Shown here: positions 13,518 to 27,720 of the stretch, in pieces
How the letters are laid out: each line of letters opens with the position of its first letter
How positions within the stretch are numbered: position 1 is the first letter of the stretch
Origin: Octopus vulgaris
Lineage: Eukaryota
Assembly (NCBI GenBank): GCA_951406725.2
Contig: OX597830.1
Location: 50,840,001 to 50,904,000 of the forward strand
DNA length: 64,000 bases
Reading direction: 5' to 3'
Position numbers and translations under genes: made by a program
Notes under the pieces: model-generated
Database searches by the model: none
Seen by the model: only the letters and a program-made list of their open reading frames with translations
Told to the model about the DNA's origin: nothing

Positions 13518-13935
13518 TCTTACTCTTTACTCTTTTACTTGTTTCAGTCATTTTGACTGCGGCCATGCTGGAGCACCGCCTTTAGTCGAGCAAATCGACC
13601 CCAGGACTTATTCTTTGTAAGCCCAGTACTTATTCTATAGGTCTCTTTTGCCGAACCGCTAGTCGACGGGGACATGAACACACCAGCATCGGTTGTCAAG
13701 CAATGCTAGGGGGACAAACACAGACACACAAACATATATACATACACACATATATATATATATACATATATACGACAGGATTCTTTCAGTTTCCGTCTAC
13801 CAAATCTACTCACAAGGCATTGGTCGGCCCGGGGCTATAGCAGAAGACACTTGCCCAAGATGCCACGCAGTGGGACTGAACACGGAACCATGTTGTTGGT
13901 AAGCAAGCTACTTACCACACAGCCACTCCTGCGCC
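13516..13935 (-). mobile_element. SINE family A, full length (tRNA-derived head, CORE-like CTTGGGCAAGTG block)
   Basis: Sense head ggcgcaggagtggctgtgtggt (A box), gttcagtccc (B box), internal (TA)n slot, gtaaaaga-repeat tail; >10 copies in window. Confidence 0.9.
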
Positions 13936-13946
13936 TATATATATAT

Positions 13947-13978
<32 letters not shown>

Positions 13979-14529
13979 GTGCTCATTTTCCTCACTGTAG
14001 CATTTCATTTGTTCAAGTATAGGATAGATGGAATATGCATGCATACTGTAACATGCAAAAATTTGGTTATGTCATTCCATTTCAAACATTGATAAATCTC
14101 CATTCACACACACACACTTATTAATTGATATTACTGACCCCTTTCCCTATCAACGCACCTGATCATATATCCTCGTTATACTGCTTTACATTGACACAAT
14201 CATTAACTTATATTTCTGCATTTTAAAATAATATCTTATTTCTTTGCAAGAATTTTATTTTTCAGTCATCTTTTCCTTGTTCTTATTCTTAAAAAAAAAA
14301 TTTAGATTATCTATTATAAATTTTCTATATATTCTATTCTACAGATATTATTTTCAATATTACAAATTGCCGATTTTTGTAATTTCGCTGGTTATTGCTT
14401 AATTAAGTAATTAAAATATTTAATCATGAAACTTATCAGAAACACAATAAATGTTCTCGAACAGACTGTATTACACATAAATAGATATGTGCGTGTATAC
14501 TTGTGGGCGGGTGTGCTTGTGAGTGTGAG

Positions 14530-14597
<68 letters not shown>

Positions 14598-15249
14598 TGT
14601 ATGTATGTATGTATACACACATATGTATATGTAGGTATATATTATTCTTCCTGATAGATAATTAGGTTTGTTTGTACAGGATTCAATCTTTAAGTCTGTG
14701 CTTATCAATCAAATGAATGCTTGACTCAATTGTCTTTGTCATTTTATCAAATTTCTAAAAACTTGTAAAAATAATTCCAAAACTGCTGAATTAAGGTGGC
14801 GAGGTAGAGAGACAAAGAGAGAGAGAATGTGGTTAGTGGGGGGCGGGGGCGGACAGGTAAACAGATAAAGGCAGAGAAAGAGAGAACGACAGAGAGAAAG
14901 CTAATGGTGGAAGAGATACGTAACAGAATATAAAGAGATGCAATTAACGAATTAAAGTGTGAGAAATTGTCAAATGTATTAAAATATCTTCGGTAATTGT
15001 TAGAATTTGCCAGTAATATGTAGAACTGGAATATTTTGTCTGTCAATTATAAAAAAATGTGAGAATGAATAATTAAGGAGATAAACAAACGTGAAACAAA
15101 TCTGTAATACGATAAATACTGCTATGATATAGCGATATTGTTAGAGTGCAATGTTCATTTAGGTGGATGCATAGAGAAAGGTAGACAGATATAAATGAAT
15201 ACATAATTAAATAAAAACACAAATATACACACCCACATACTAACATATA

Positions 15250-15315
<66 letters not shown>

Positions 15316-15317
<2 letters not shown>

Positions 15318-15627
15318 ATAATAAATCTCAGAGCGAGTTATAAACAGTAGCTACAGCATATCGTGACGTATATGGCTAACCCCAGAGGGTGGATGCTACT
15401 AGTTTGTAGCCCCAAGTAGACACCTCCTCCATCTGGCTATAGACACACTTTCTGTGCCCTATCAGTATTTGCAAAGGGAAGCCATCCTTCCCGTCTTCAA
15501 CATATGATACACACAGACTCAAGTTTCTGGGTATATCCAGATGGAGGAGGTGTCTTCCTGGGCCTACAAACTACAGTAGCATCCACCCTTAGGGGTTAGC
15601 CATATTTAGATGGCAAATATACGTCAC
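15316..15627. mobile_element. MITE/foldback element with ~80-95 bp inverted repeats in (TA)n
   Basis: 15363-15441 (gtgacgtatatggctaacccc..ctcctccatctgg) is the reverse complement of 15532-15627 apart from a ~15-bp indel. Confidence 0.85.
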
Positions 15628-15631
15628 TATA

Positions 15632-15672
<41 letters not shown>

Positions 15673-15674
<2 letters not shown>

Positions 15675-15888
15675 TCTTTACTCTTTTACTCTTTTGTTTG
15701 TTTCAGTCATTTGACGGTTGCCATGGTGGAGCACCGCCTTTAGTCGAGCAAATCGACCCTAAGATTTATTCTTTGTAAGCCTAGTACTTATTCTATCGAT
15801 GTCTTTTGTCGAACCGCTAAGTTACGTGGACGTAAACACACCAGCATCCCTTGTCAAGCGATGTTGGGGAAACAAACACAGACACACA

Positions 15889-15936
<48 letters not shown>

Positions 15937-16126
15937 ATTATACATATATATATACATATATACGACGGGCTTCTTTTAGTTTCCGTCCACCAAATCTACT
16001 CATAAGGCTTTGGTTCTGCCCGAGGCTATAGTAGAAGACACTTGCCCAAGGTACTACGCTGTGGGACTGAACCCGGAACCATGTGGTTCGTAAGCAAGCT
16101 ACTTACCACACAACTTCTCCTACGCT
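15673..16126 (-). mobile_element. SINE family A, full length
   Basis: Colinear with 13516-13935. Confidence 0.9.
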
Positions 16127-16351
16127 TATATACATATATATATATATATTTATATATATATATATATGAACATATATATACCTCAATTCTTATGCATATC
16201 AATAGATGAAAACACTCTTATTCACACACTCCTTCCCTCCCTTCTTGATTCCCGCTCAGAACCGTGTTTCCACCTGGCCGTTGACACCCTTAGACGTTTT
16301 CCGTCATCTTTAACAAATTTTTCTCAGTCTCCTCCTTTACTTGTATTCTCT

Positions 16352-16410
16352 GTTTTCCTTCTGATGAAGGATAACCATCTGAAACGTATTTTCTTTTCAA
16401 CGTCAAAATC
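16352..16410 (+). ncRNA. Hammerhead ribozyme-like motif (type I, weak stem I)
   Basis: CUGAUGA(16361)-A-GGAU AACC AUCU-GAAACGU...ACGUC (GUC 16402-16404). Confidence 0.5.
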
Positions 16411-16558
16411 TGGCAGCAGTTAAATCTTGTCTTCCTGTCTTGCTGCCGTAGCTACATTCATAATATTCCTTTAGAACTCGAATGAGACTCTATATACTTA
16501 TCTATAAATCTATCTAACCATCTCTCACTCTTTCTCTCTCTCCCGCCCTCAGTTTAAT

Positions 16559-16590
<32 letters not shown>

Positions 16591-17229
16591 TGTATGTATG
16601 TATGTATGTATGTATGTATGTATGTATGTACGAACGTACGTACGTCTGCCTGACTGCGTGTGTACTTATGTATATATGCAAGTATGAATTATATATATTT
16701 ACGTTTATACATTTCCTATTAGAATGCTTTCTAGAAGGAAGGAACACTCGTATGTTGAATTTTTACAGTTTTACTTATAGACTGTACCTGTAAAGTATGT
16801 ATTCGCTTGTCACACTTCTTTGCTTGAAAGTGTTCATAGCTTTTCCAGATTGTCACTCAGATAAATAGAACATGACCCAGTACTACAATGATTATTGTAA
16901 TCGGGATTTAAGAGATGCAGGTTTCGAAGCAGTTGTCCATGAATATTCTACACTTCACTTATTTTTTGAAGAGATGAAACCTTTAAGCTGTGGTAGATGT
17001 AATGCTTACAAGCCCAAGCGAACCTGGAATTCCTGTTCCTATTTTCATGCTCCTTACGTTAAGTTGAACCATATCATGAATAACATTTTTGTGGCATGTG
17101 TTCCCCTTGGAAGACCTCGCCAAAATATGGTAATCCTACGCCTTTGAGTTCAGACTCCAGGTCGTGAGTGCATGAGGGTAAGCCTCTATTCGTGAGTGTA
17201 CATGTCACGATACAATAGAGTGTTCCCAG

Positions 17230-18152
17230 CAGACAAGTAAAGCAAATCTAACGGAAAACTCATGGTGGTCCCCATTTTCGACCACCAGGGTAACATCTAC
17301 GTCCATTAGGTTCCCTGTTATTTTTATTAGGAGCACTCCGTCGGTTACGACGATGAGGGTCCCAGCTGATACGATCAATGGAACAGCTTGCTCGTGGAAT
17401 TAACGTGCAAGTGGCTGAGCACTCCACAGACACGTTTACCCTTAACGTAGTTCTCGAGGAGATTCAGCGTGACACAGAGTGTGACAACAGAAACAGGAAG
17501 AAAGAGTGAGAGAAAGTTGTGGTGAAAGAGTACAGCAGGGTTCACCCCCCCTGCAGGAGCCTCGTGAAGCTTTAGGTGTTTTCGCTCAATAAACACTCAC
17601 AATGCCCGGTCTGGGAATCGAAACCGCGATCCTACGACCGCGAGTCCGCTGCCCTAACCACTGGGCCATTACGCCTCCACTGGTTCCCTGTTACCAAACA
17701 GTGAACAAAAGAGTACTTTGTGGAGGTTTTGAGAGAGACCAGGAACATATTTCGTCGCAAAAGGCCAGAGCTCGGGTCGGTGACATTTGCACCAGGACAA
17801 TGCACCAGACGACATCTTGCTAACCAAACTACTTCACAGGGATAGGCACCAAAACTATCCCTCACTCTCCCTAAGGGCCAGACCTTGATCCTTGTGACTT
17901 TTGGTTCTTCTTCAAGCATAAGGAGGGCCTCAGGCGTAAACATTTTAAAGACATTCAGAAGATGAAGGAGGCTGTGGTAACGGTCCTTGACACTTTTCTT
18001 TTGGAGGGCTTCCGTGGAGTCGTCATGAATTGGCTGCAGTGCTTCAAGTCCATTAAAAGGAGAGGATCATACTTTGAAGGAGATGGGAATTTTGTACATC
18101 TTTCAGATTAATATCTCCTGAGAGTGTCTCAGAAGTTCTGCAATGCACCTTG
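17230..18152 (+). mobile_element. Decayed mariner transposase (DDD domain and 3' end), interrupted by a SINE
   Basis: SKSNGKLMVVPIFDHQG, QTVNK/EYFVEVL..RRKRPEL, HLHQDNAP, PHSP*GPDLDPCDFWFF (PYSPDLAPxD motif), terminal GSYFEGD. Confidence 0.85.
17321..17681 (-). mobile_element. SINE family C, full length, 12-bp TSD
   Basis: Head tggcccagtggttagggcagcggactcgcggtcg..ggtttcgattccc (tRNA-Arg-like); TSD ggttccctgtta at 17309-17320 and 17682-17693. Confidence 0.9.
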
Positions 18153-18645
18153 AATGTATGTATGTATGTATGTATGTATGTATGTATGTATGTATGTATG
18201 TATGTATGTATGTATGTATGTATGCATGCATGCATGTATGTATGTGTGTATGTATGTATGTATGTATGTATGTGTGAATGTATGTATGCATGCATGCATG
18301 CATGTATGTGTGTATGTATGTATGTATGTATGTATGTATGTATGTATGTATGCATGCATGCATGTATGTATGTGTGTATGTATGTATGTATGTATGTATG
18401 TATGTATGTATGTGTGTATGTACGTATGCATGTGTGAATGTATGTATGTGTGAATGTATGTATGTGTGTGTGTATGTATGTGTGAATGTATGTATGTGTA
18501 TGTATGTATGTCTGTATGTATGTATGTATGTATGTGTGAATGTATGTATGTGTGTGTATGTATGTATTATCTATGCATCAATATATGTATGTATGTATGC
18601 ATGCATGTATGTATGTATATATGTATGTGTGAATGTATGTATGAA
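18153..18645. repeat. (TATG)n compound microsatellite
   Basis: Visible. Confidence 0.95.
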
Positions 18646-19443
18646 TATCCGTCTATTCGACTGGCTGTATCAAAAACACATATATGCAAACATATGTATA
18701 TACACATTATATGTATACATATACTGGTATATATCTGTTCGTATGCATATAGACAGAGAGAGAGCAGACAGGCTGTGAGAGTAGTGTCGATAAATATACT
18801 CCTCCCTCGCTCTCTTTTATTCTCTCTCTCCCTTTTACTCTCCCTTTCTCTCTCTCTCTCTTTGTTTCTATCGCTCTCTTTCACGCATACACATGCACAC
18901 TCAAACCAAGCACGCACACACACACGCACAGGCAGGCGCACATATTCCAGCTTCTAATTTACGCGCATACTTAGCAAGAGCCTTATTCCAAATTTCAAAT
19001 CTTCTATTTAAACGAACAGCTACATATTGCCAGATATAAACTGCTGCACTAATTGTAGTTATCTTACACTTGTTAATTAATTAATTAGTTAAGGAGCTAA
19101 TTAATTAGATGTTTTCATTTCTTATTAAATTTCGCTTATCTTTAGCGTATTCTGTGACATCTTCCCCGTTATCTACGCTGGTTAATCAAAGTCTTACACT
19201 GAGAATTACCAATATCAGTGACATTGTCACGGAACTATGTTAATAAGGAGAAAACAAAATTTAAAAAAAACAACAACACAATATTATGAAGTCACACGCG
19301 AACGGATACATAATCATATTTATACATACGCACAAATATTATGTCCTTGTGTGTGTGTGTGTGTATTAGTGTGTGCGTTTGTGCGTGTTTATGCACACAC
19401 ATATATATATACTTACAAGGTGATATACAGACATACGTATGCA

Positions 19444-20018
<575 letters not shown>

Positions 20019-20745
20019 ACCTGTTGTATACCTATAGGCAGAAGAAATACATAAACCATACACACACATACACTCACATCTATATATACCTATACTTAAT
20101 TATGTACGTACCTAATATATTTTATATGTGTGTGTGTGTGTGTGTGTGCGTATGCGAGTGTGTGCGCGTGCCTACGTAGTGTTTTATGTCTGTGCGTGTA
20201 TGTGTGTGTCTTTTTGCGTGTGTATGTGCGTCTGTGCATACATAATGCGTATATACATACACACACATACGCACGTACACGCACAAACACAAATACGCTC
20301 GCATGTACGTATCTTTGTCGAAACAATACTCACAAATTCCATGTAAGCCTATCACTCATTATTTGACGTTTTATATTTATTTCCTATGTTACTATTTTAT
20401 TCATTTCATAAGATTCACTTAAAGATTCCATCGACTATTTTTACCATTTTGAGAAAGGAAGACTATGTATGTAGGTGCACCGTTGTCTTCACTGCGGTCT
20501 CTAGGGATGTTCAAATCCCAGTTGTACCCGTTGCTTAAATTCTAATTTATATTCTTAAAATATCAATACAATATCATTCAATTTGTTGTCCTCTATCATT
20601 GTATAGATCCAGGCCTTTTACCGGAACATCAATTCTATGCAGTACTGTGAAGGGGAGGATTCAGAAGAAAGGTATCAAAATATTTGCAATCTCAGACTGA
20701 TCACGGATGAGGATGGGCTTGAGTTGTGTAAGCAGTATGTTTTAT

Positions 20746-21085
20746 GAAGGTGCATGGCTCAGTGGTTAGAGCGACGAACTTACGCCCGTCAGGTTGCGAG
20801 TTCGAATCCCGGGCCGGACCGGGCTGCGTGTTGTGTTCTTGAGCATCACACTTTGTTTCACGTTGCTCCAGTTCACTCAGCAGTAGGAATGAGTTGCGAC
20901 GTCAATGGTGCCAAGCTGTATCGGCCCCTTTTACCTTTCCCTTGGATAACATCGGTGGGAAGAGGAGAGGCTGGTATGTATGGGCGACTTCTGCTCTTCC
21001 ATAAACAACCTTGCCCTGACTTGTGCCTCCGAGGGTAACTTTCTAGGTGCAATCTCATGGTCATCCGTCACCTAAAGGGGTCTCC
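20746..21085 (+). mobile_element. SINE family D (head and central domain) with distinct tail
   Basis: tggctcagtggttagagcg (A box), gagttcgaatccc (B box), ttgtgttcttgagca..acacttt.tttcacgttgctccagt.cactcagc shared with 53530-53792. Confidence 0.85.
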
Positions 21086-21097
21086 GATATTTTTTTC

Positions 21098-21290
21098 TTT
21101 CATTTGCTTCAATCGATGCATTGTGGCCCCGTCTTGAAGGGTTTTTTGTCAAACAAGTCGAACCCAGTGCTTATTTTTTAAAACTATTTATGCTATCGAT
21201 TTCTTTTTGGCAAACTTGTTAGTCGCGGGATGTAAACAAACCAATACCAGTGGGGGAGGAACAAACAGAGACACAAAGACACCCCACACT
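21098..21290 (-). mobile_element. SINE family A, degraded 3' part
   Basis: Weak colinear similarity (cccagtgcttatt, tgtaaaca.acca, acaaacagag). Confidence 0.5.
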
Positions 21291-21559
21291 TCATTACATA
21301 TAATATTTACACATGCACACAGGTTTTCATATATATATATATATGTGTGTGTGTGTGTAATACATATAAATATTATTCTGTTGTGAATAGTGATATTCCT
21401 AAAATAATAGGTTTAAATATAAATTTTGATTTATAAACATTCAAATTAAAATCCGTAGAATGGAGAAGTAGTATTAGTATAAATTATTGACTGTAAAAAT
21501 TCAACATGTTCTCTTACAGCTGTTTCGAATTAAATTCCAGTAATTAAAACCTTTTTAAT

Positions 21560-22125
21560 TAGGATCGCGGTTTCGATTCCCAGACCAGGCGTTGTGAGTG
21601 TTTATTGAGCGAAAACACCAATAGCTCCACGAGGCTCCGGTAGGGGATGGTGGCGATCCCTGCTGTACTCTTTCGCCGCAACTTTCTCTCACTCTTTCTT
21701 CCGTTGGCCTGCTCGCTTAGCCGACGGGATGGCGTCATTTGAAGGCTAAAACAATGTGAAGCGCATTGTGACCAGCGAAATATACCAAAGAAATACAGCA
21801 TTGACATAGCTGTACTCAGTGAAACTGTTAGAAGAAAATAAAGTTGGATACATACTTTTCTGGTGTGGAAGAAATGAGGACGGGTCACGCCACTCTGGTG
21901 TTGGTTTTGCCATCAAGATCGAAATAGCTAGATCCCATCTTTCTCTCCCCTGGCGATCCCTGTTGTACTCTTTCGCCACAACTTTCTCTCACTCTTTCTT
22001 CCGTTGGCCTGCTCGCTTAGTCAGCGGGGTGGCGTCATTTGAAGACTAAAAACAACGTGAAGCGCATTGTGACCAGCGATGTGTAGCAAAATCTGATAAC
22101 CTGGTCGGTCACGTGATCACGTGAT
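21560..22125 (+). mobile_element. SINE family C variant (5'-truncated, alternative tail) with internal duplication
   Basis: taggatcgcggtttcgattcccagacc..ctgtactcttt matches C; 21651-21778 repeated at 21951-22079. Confidence 0.85.
21779..21935 (+). mobile_element. RTE-type LINE AP-endonuclease fragment
   Basis: KKYSIDIAVLSET / LEENKVGYILFWCGRNEDGSRHSGVGFAIK matches the RTE APE pattern IDIxxLSET..GYxxFWxG..GVGFAI. Confidence 0.85.
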
Positions 22126-22435
22126 ATGATAATGATAAGTCTTCTCATAATCCAAAAATTAATCCTGTTAAGCAAAGTCAACAGCCTACGCATGACACTT
22201 TTTAATAACGCAAATCACACAGTACACTCTCTCTTTACAATCCCTAAACAAGAATATAACAAAATACAGAGAACATATTCACTAGATAAGCACCACAACA
22301 ATAATACAGCGCAGCCCACACAACACAACTCGATACAATCACCACAAAATACGATATCTATATATCCACTGCATATAATCAATACGATCACCACACAATA
22401 ACTTATAACACAGCCTTCGCAACATACTTCAAATC

Positions 22436-23010
22436 CATCATCACCGACAGCATCACCATCACCAACACCGACATCATCACCAACACCAACATCATCACCA
22501 ACACCAACATCATCACCAATACCAACATCATCACCAATACCAACATCATCACCAATACCAACATCATCACCAATACCAACATCATCACCAATACCAACAT
22601 CATCACCATCACCGACAGCATCACCAACACAAATAACATCATCATCACCATCACAGACATCATCACCAATACCAACATCATCACCAATACCAACATCATC
22701 ACCAATACCAACATCCTCACCATCACCGACATCATCACCGACACAAACATCATCATCATCACAGACATCATCACCATCACCGACATCATCACCAACACAA
22801 ACATCATCATCATCACCATCACAGACATCATCACCAACACCAACATCATCACCAATACCAACATCATCACCAATACCAACATCATCACCATCACCATCAC
22901 AGACATCATCACCAACACTGACATCATCACCATCACCCTCACCAACACCAACATCATCACCATCACCATCACCAACATCATCACCAATATCAATATCATC
23001 GTCATCATCA
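22436..23010. repeat. 18-bp minisatellite (catcaccaataccaacat)n with variants
   Basis: Visible period 18; reads (GDDVGI)n on minus strand. Confidence 0.9.
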
Positions 23011-23423
23011 CCTCCACCAGCACCGCCACCGCCTCCACCATCGCCGCCACCGCCGTCACCACCACCACAACCGCTACACCCCACCATCACCACCACAATC
23101 GGCAGTACAACCATTCATCCAATTGTACGATAGCACAACCAGCACAACGTATATTCTTCACAATTACAGGGTATTTAATAATAACGCAAATCATATTGCA
23201 CAATCAAAAAAAAAAACACACATGAAAAAAACAAATAATAATAAAAAAAAAATAGCTGAAATAAAATTCCAAAACCAAGAAAGCAATACAAATCGATATT
23301 GATATAGAATACAAATACGATTGTAGACGCCGTGGCCCACCCTCAAATATTAGTGCGCAAATACATTGCAGAAACCAGGAGTGCACCTGTTGGTGCAGTG
23401 GAGATTCTCATAGAACACTTGCA

Positions 23424-23767
23424 GACGTGGGAGTGGCTGTGTGGTAAGTAGTTTGCTTACGAATCACATGGTTCTGGGTTCAGTCCCACAGCGTAGTACC
23501 TTGGGCAAGTGTCTTCTACTATAGCCTCGGGCAGAACCAAAGCCTTATGAGTAGATTTGGTAGACGGAAACTAAAAGAAGCCCGTCGTATATATGTATAT
23601 ATATATTTATATATATATATATATATATGTTTGTGTGCCTGTATTTGTTCCCCCAACATCGCTTGTCAAGCGTGGCACCTTCGGCAAGTGCCTTCTACTA
23701 TAGACTCGGGCCAACCACAGCCTTGTGAGTGGATTTGGTAGACGGAAACTGAAAGAAGCCTGTCGTA

Positions 23768-23818
<51 letters not shown>

Positions 23819-24033
23819 ATATATTTGTGTTTCTGTGTTCCTCCCCCCCCCCCCCAACATCGCTTAACAACCGATGGTGGTGTGTTTACGTCCCCGTCAC
23901 TTAACGGTTCTGCAAAAGAAACCGATAGAATAAGTACTAGGCTTTCAAAGAATAAGTCATGGGGTCGATTTGCTCGACTAAAGGCGGTGCTCCAGCATGG
24001 TCACAGTCGTATGACTGAAACAAGTAAAAGAGA
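23424..24033 (+). mobile_element. SINE family A with internal tandem duplication of the body
   Basis: Body restarts at gcgtggcacctt (23670) after catcgcttgtcaa. Confidence 0.9.
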
Positions 24034-24081
24034 GCAAATAAGAAAAATACGATGATGATGAACATCTTCAGCGTTATAGTA

Positions 24082-24082
<1 letters not shown>

Positions 24083-24151
<69 letters not shown>
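24083..24151. repeat. (TAA)n
   Basis: Visible. Confidence 0.95.
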
Positions 24152-24152
<1 letters not shown>

Positions 24153-24527
24153 CCTTTCTATTATATGCACACGACCCGAAATTTGTGGGGGAGGAGGCCA
24201 TTCGATTAGATCGACCGCAGTACGCGACTGGTACTTAATTTATCGAACTCGAAAGGATGAAGGGCAAAGTCGACCTCGGCGGAATTTGAACTCAGAACTT
24301 AAAGCCGGAGGAAATTAAGCTAAGCCTTTTGCCCAGAGTGCCAACGATTCTGCCAGTTAGGCACGGGGTCTGCAGTTTCGTAGAAACGGGCTGGTCGATT
24401 ATATTGACCTCATTTTTCAACAGATACTTATTTCCTCGAGGATGAAAAGCAAAGTCGACCTGATCGGAATCTGAACACAGAACCAAGCGACAGGCGAAAT
24501 GCTACTAAACATTTCGTCTAGCACGCT

Positions 24528-24528
<1 letters not shown>
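24152..24528 (-). mobile_element. Two adjacent degraded SINE B copies (24152-24357, 24377-24528)
   Basis: gcaaagtcgacct..cggaat.tgaac.cagaac twice. Confidence 0.8.
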
Positions 24529-24718
<190 letters not shown>

Positions 24719-25976
24719 GTATAAATAAAGTGCTCTCTGAAATATTTTTAAAACCAATACATAAATGAATGAAATAGTCTAAAATAAAAGAACTACGAAG
24801 GTCTTTAATGATAATTACATGGATGATCGTGGGGCAATTAATAGTGAATAATGCTAAATGCATATAATTGTACATCGACCTGAGCACTGGATTGATTGCA
24901 TTCGGAAACTGTGATTTACGACTGAAGAAATTATCGATCTGGAACTATTCAGTGTGGGAATCGATTTGACCTGTTTTTCATTTGGAACAGAGAAGAACCA
25001 ACCAGCTGAGCTACAGCTAACACCTCCCCAATTATCCGAGCAGATCATTTCGAAATAAATATATAAAAAATGTCCTGAAATAATGAGGTAATAATATGTT
25101 TCGTATGGAGGTGGCGGGGTGAAAATAGCAGCTTTATTTCACATATAATCTAGTCGTCACTTGCAATTAACTTAATAACCGTACACGCTGTAGACAGTAC
25201 AATTTTGGCAGCGAAGTAATTTTCCATATCTTCGTCAAATTAGTTTAACATGGAATCGAACTTCTATTATGATTACCAGTTCCATATTTATATGCAGTGT
25301 TTCTTATTGATCAAACTTTAAGTTACATTTCTTAATTTCCTGTATAGATTCTCTCTTTTTTTTTTTTCATATTTCTTTTGATATTGTTTCTTAGTTATTT
25401 GCCATTTTTTTTTCTCAAAAACATTTTCGTTTTCAAAATACGATTGCAGTATTCAAGAGTTTTAAAACGAATTAGGTTACGGAAGAAATTTTAATTTCGA
25501 AATCAAAAGGACTGGAATTATTATTGGTTCCATGTAGAATTTGTCACCGGCTCCCTCTCCACACTCTCTCTCTCTGCTCTCTCTCTCTGTTCCTTCCAGT
25601 CTATCTTTCCTTCTATAAATGTTTAATACACTAAAACGCCCTCTCGTGACAGACAGGTCATTTACATATTTGTTTTTTTCGGGAAATTAGTTGAAACTAA
25701 AAGTATTTCTTTAAATTTTATAAAACGAATTTACAGGAATGGAATTTCAGAACACACATTTTGGGAAAATTCGATAATCTCAATCAAAATATGTTATATT
25801 TAGTTTCTCCGTGTGTAAAATATTATATATGTGTGTGAATGTGTAATGGTACAAGTGTGTATAAATGTATATACCTCAATGTATATACATGTAAGTATAC
25901 GTATACTTATGTATGTGTGTGTGTGTGTGTGCGCGCGTGCTTGATACTTATATATTTATATTTATATACATATATA

Positions 25977-26153
25977 GGCGCAGGCGTGGCTGTGTGGTAA
26001 AAAGCTTGCTTCCCAACCTCACGGTTCCGGGTTCAGTCCCACTGAGTGTCAGCTAGCATAAGTGACTTCCACTATAAGTTCGGACCGACCAAAGCCTTGT
26101 GAGTGGATTTGGTAGACAGAAACTGAAAGAAGTCCGTCGTATGCTACCGCTCA

Positions 26154-26192
<39 letters not shown>

Positions 26193-26335
26193 ATCCAAAC
26201 AAGAAAGCACAAAAAAAACACAACAACGCGAGGACGTGGAACAAATATAGTATTATTGGACACTCAGGAAAGAAGGAAAGATCCAGAGAAGGGAAGACAG
26301 AGGAAAGAAAACGTCAACGGTACACACGCAGTCAC

Positions 26336-26401
<66 letters not shown>

Positions 26402-26597
26402 TTGTGTTCCTGTGTTTGACCCCCACTATAGCTTCACATCGATTTTGGTTTGTTGACGTCCGAGTAACTTAGAGACCGATAGAATAAGTACTATGCTTAG
26501 AAAAACAAAAGTCCTGAAGTCGATTTGTTCGAGTAAATGCAGAGCTCCAGCCTGGCCGCAGTCAAATGACTGAAACAAATGAAAGAGTAAAAGAGAA
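25977..26597 (+). mobile_element. SINE family A with a 150-bp foreign insert (26188-26337) in its (TA)n slot
   Basis: A head 25977-26140, A tail 26400-26597, unrelated sequence between two TA arrays. Confidence 0.85.
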
Positions 26598-27265
26598 TAT
26601 GTATACACATATGTATATTTGTATACATGCCAACGTATACAAATATAATTATACATTTATGCACATTTTCACTTGACACTCTCTCAATACACACATACAC
26701 GCACACACATTCATACGTGCATTTGTTTGTGCTTGTAAGTATAGGTAGATAAATGGTTAGGTAAATTTCGGGAGGGTGTATGTACCCATTACCCATTTGA
26801 ACTTTACAGTAATATCGCGACGTCATCATCTGGGTGAAGTAAAGTTACTGGTATATTATTGCCGCGTCATTGTACCAGATATGAAGGGGTGAATGCTGTA
26901 GCTACGATGCTGTGTTCTCTATTATGATGTGATATAATGGTTTGGAAAAAATTACATGAATAGACTTCGAAACGTTATTGTAACAAAATAAACAAGGCCT
27001 ACGAACTAATTCGGATATATGAAGGAACTTTATTGAAAAACAATAGGATGCCGAACGAGTCCTGTCCTCAATATATCAGAAACACACAGCACAGACGCAC
27101 GCTACGCACACGCATCCATACATATGCACTGAGATATAAATATTTGTATATACCTATGTATATGTATATATGAACATAAATATGTATTCATACGTATATG
27201 ATGTAAACATACATACAAACATATATACATATGTGTGTGTGTGTGTAAATATATAAATATATATA

Positions 27266-27319
<54 letters not shown>

Positions 27320-27720
27320 CACATCTATTGATATATTTACACATTACTATAAAGTTTTCCATCAAGGAAATTTATTGGAAATGCACAACATTGTAATCTC
27401 TATTTCTGAAGAGTTTCTCAGTCACGGACTATTAAATTCAATAAAGCCGGGATTTTAGCGTCCAAATAACTACTGAGGAGTGAGACACACATACACACAC
27501 ACACACACACACATACTCACACACACAGATACACACACGTATATATGTGACTGCAAAAGAATGTCTTAGTGTGTTATTTTCTCTGTGTTCGTGCGTGGGT
27601 GTGTATGTGTTCGTATACGAAGGTGTTTTACTCAGTATCCAAACTTTGATGAAATAGTATTAAATTTATGACTACTAAACATTGTTATTTCTAATTTTCT
27701 CATTTCATTTCTCCTTTCAG

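Noticed and set aside
22215-23114. 299-aa ORF with (GDDVGI)n
   Set aside because: 18-bp minisatellite lacking stops by composition; a second frame is also open; cannot be excluded without expression data
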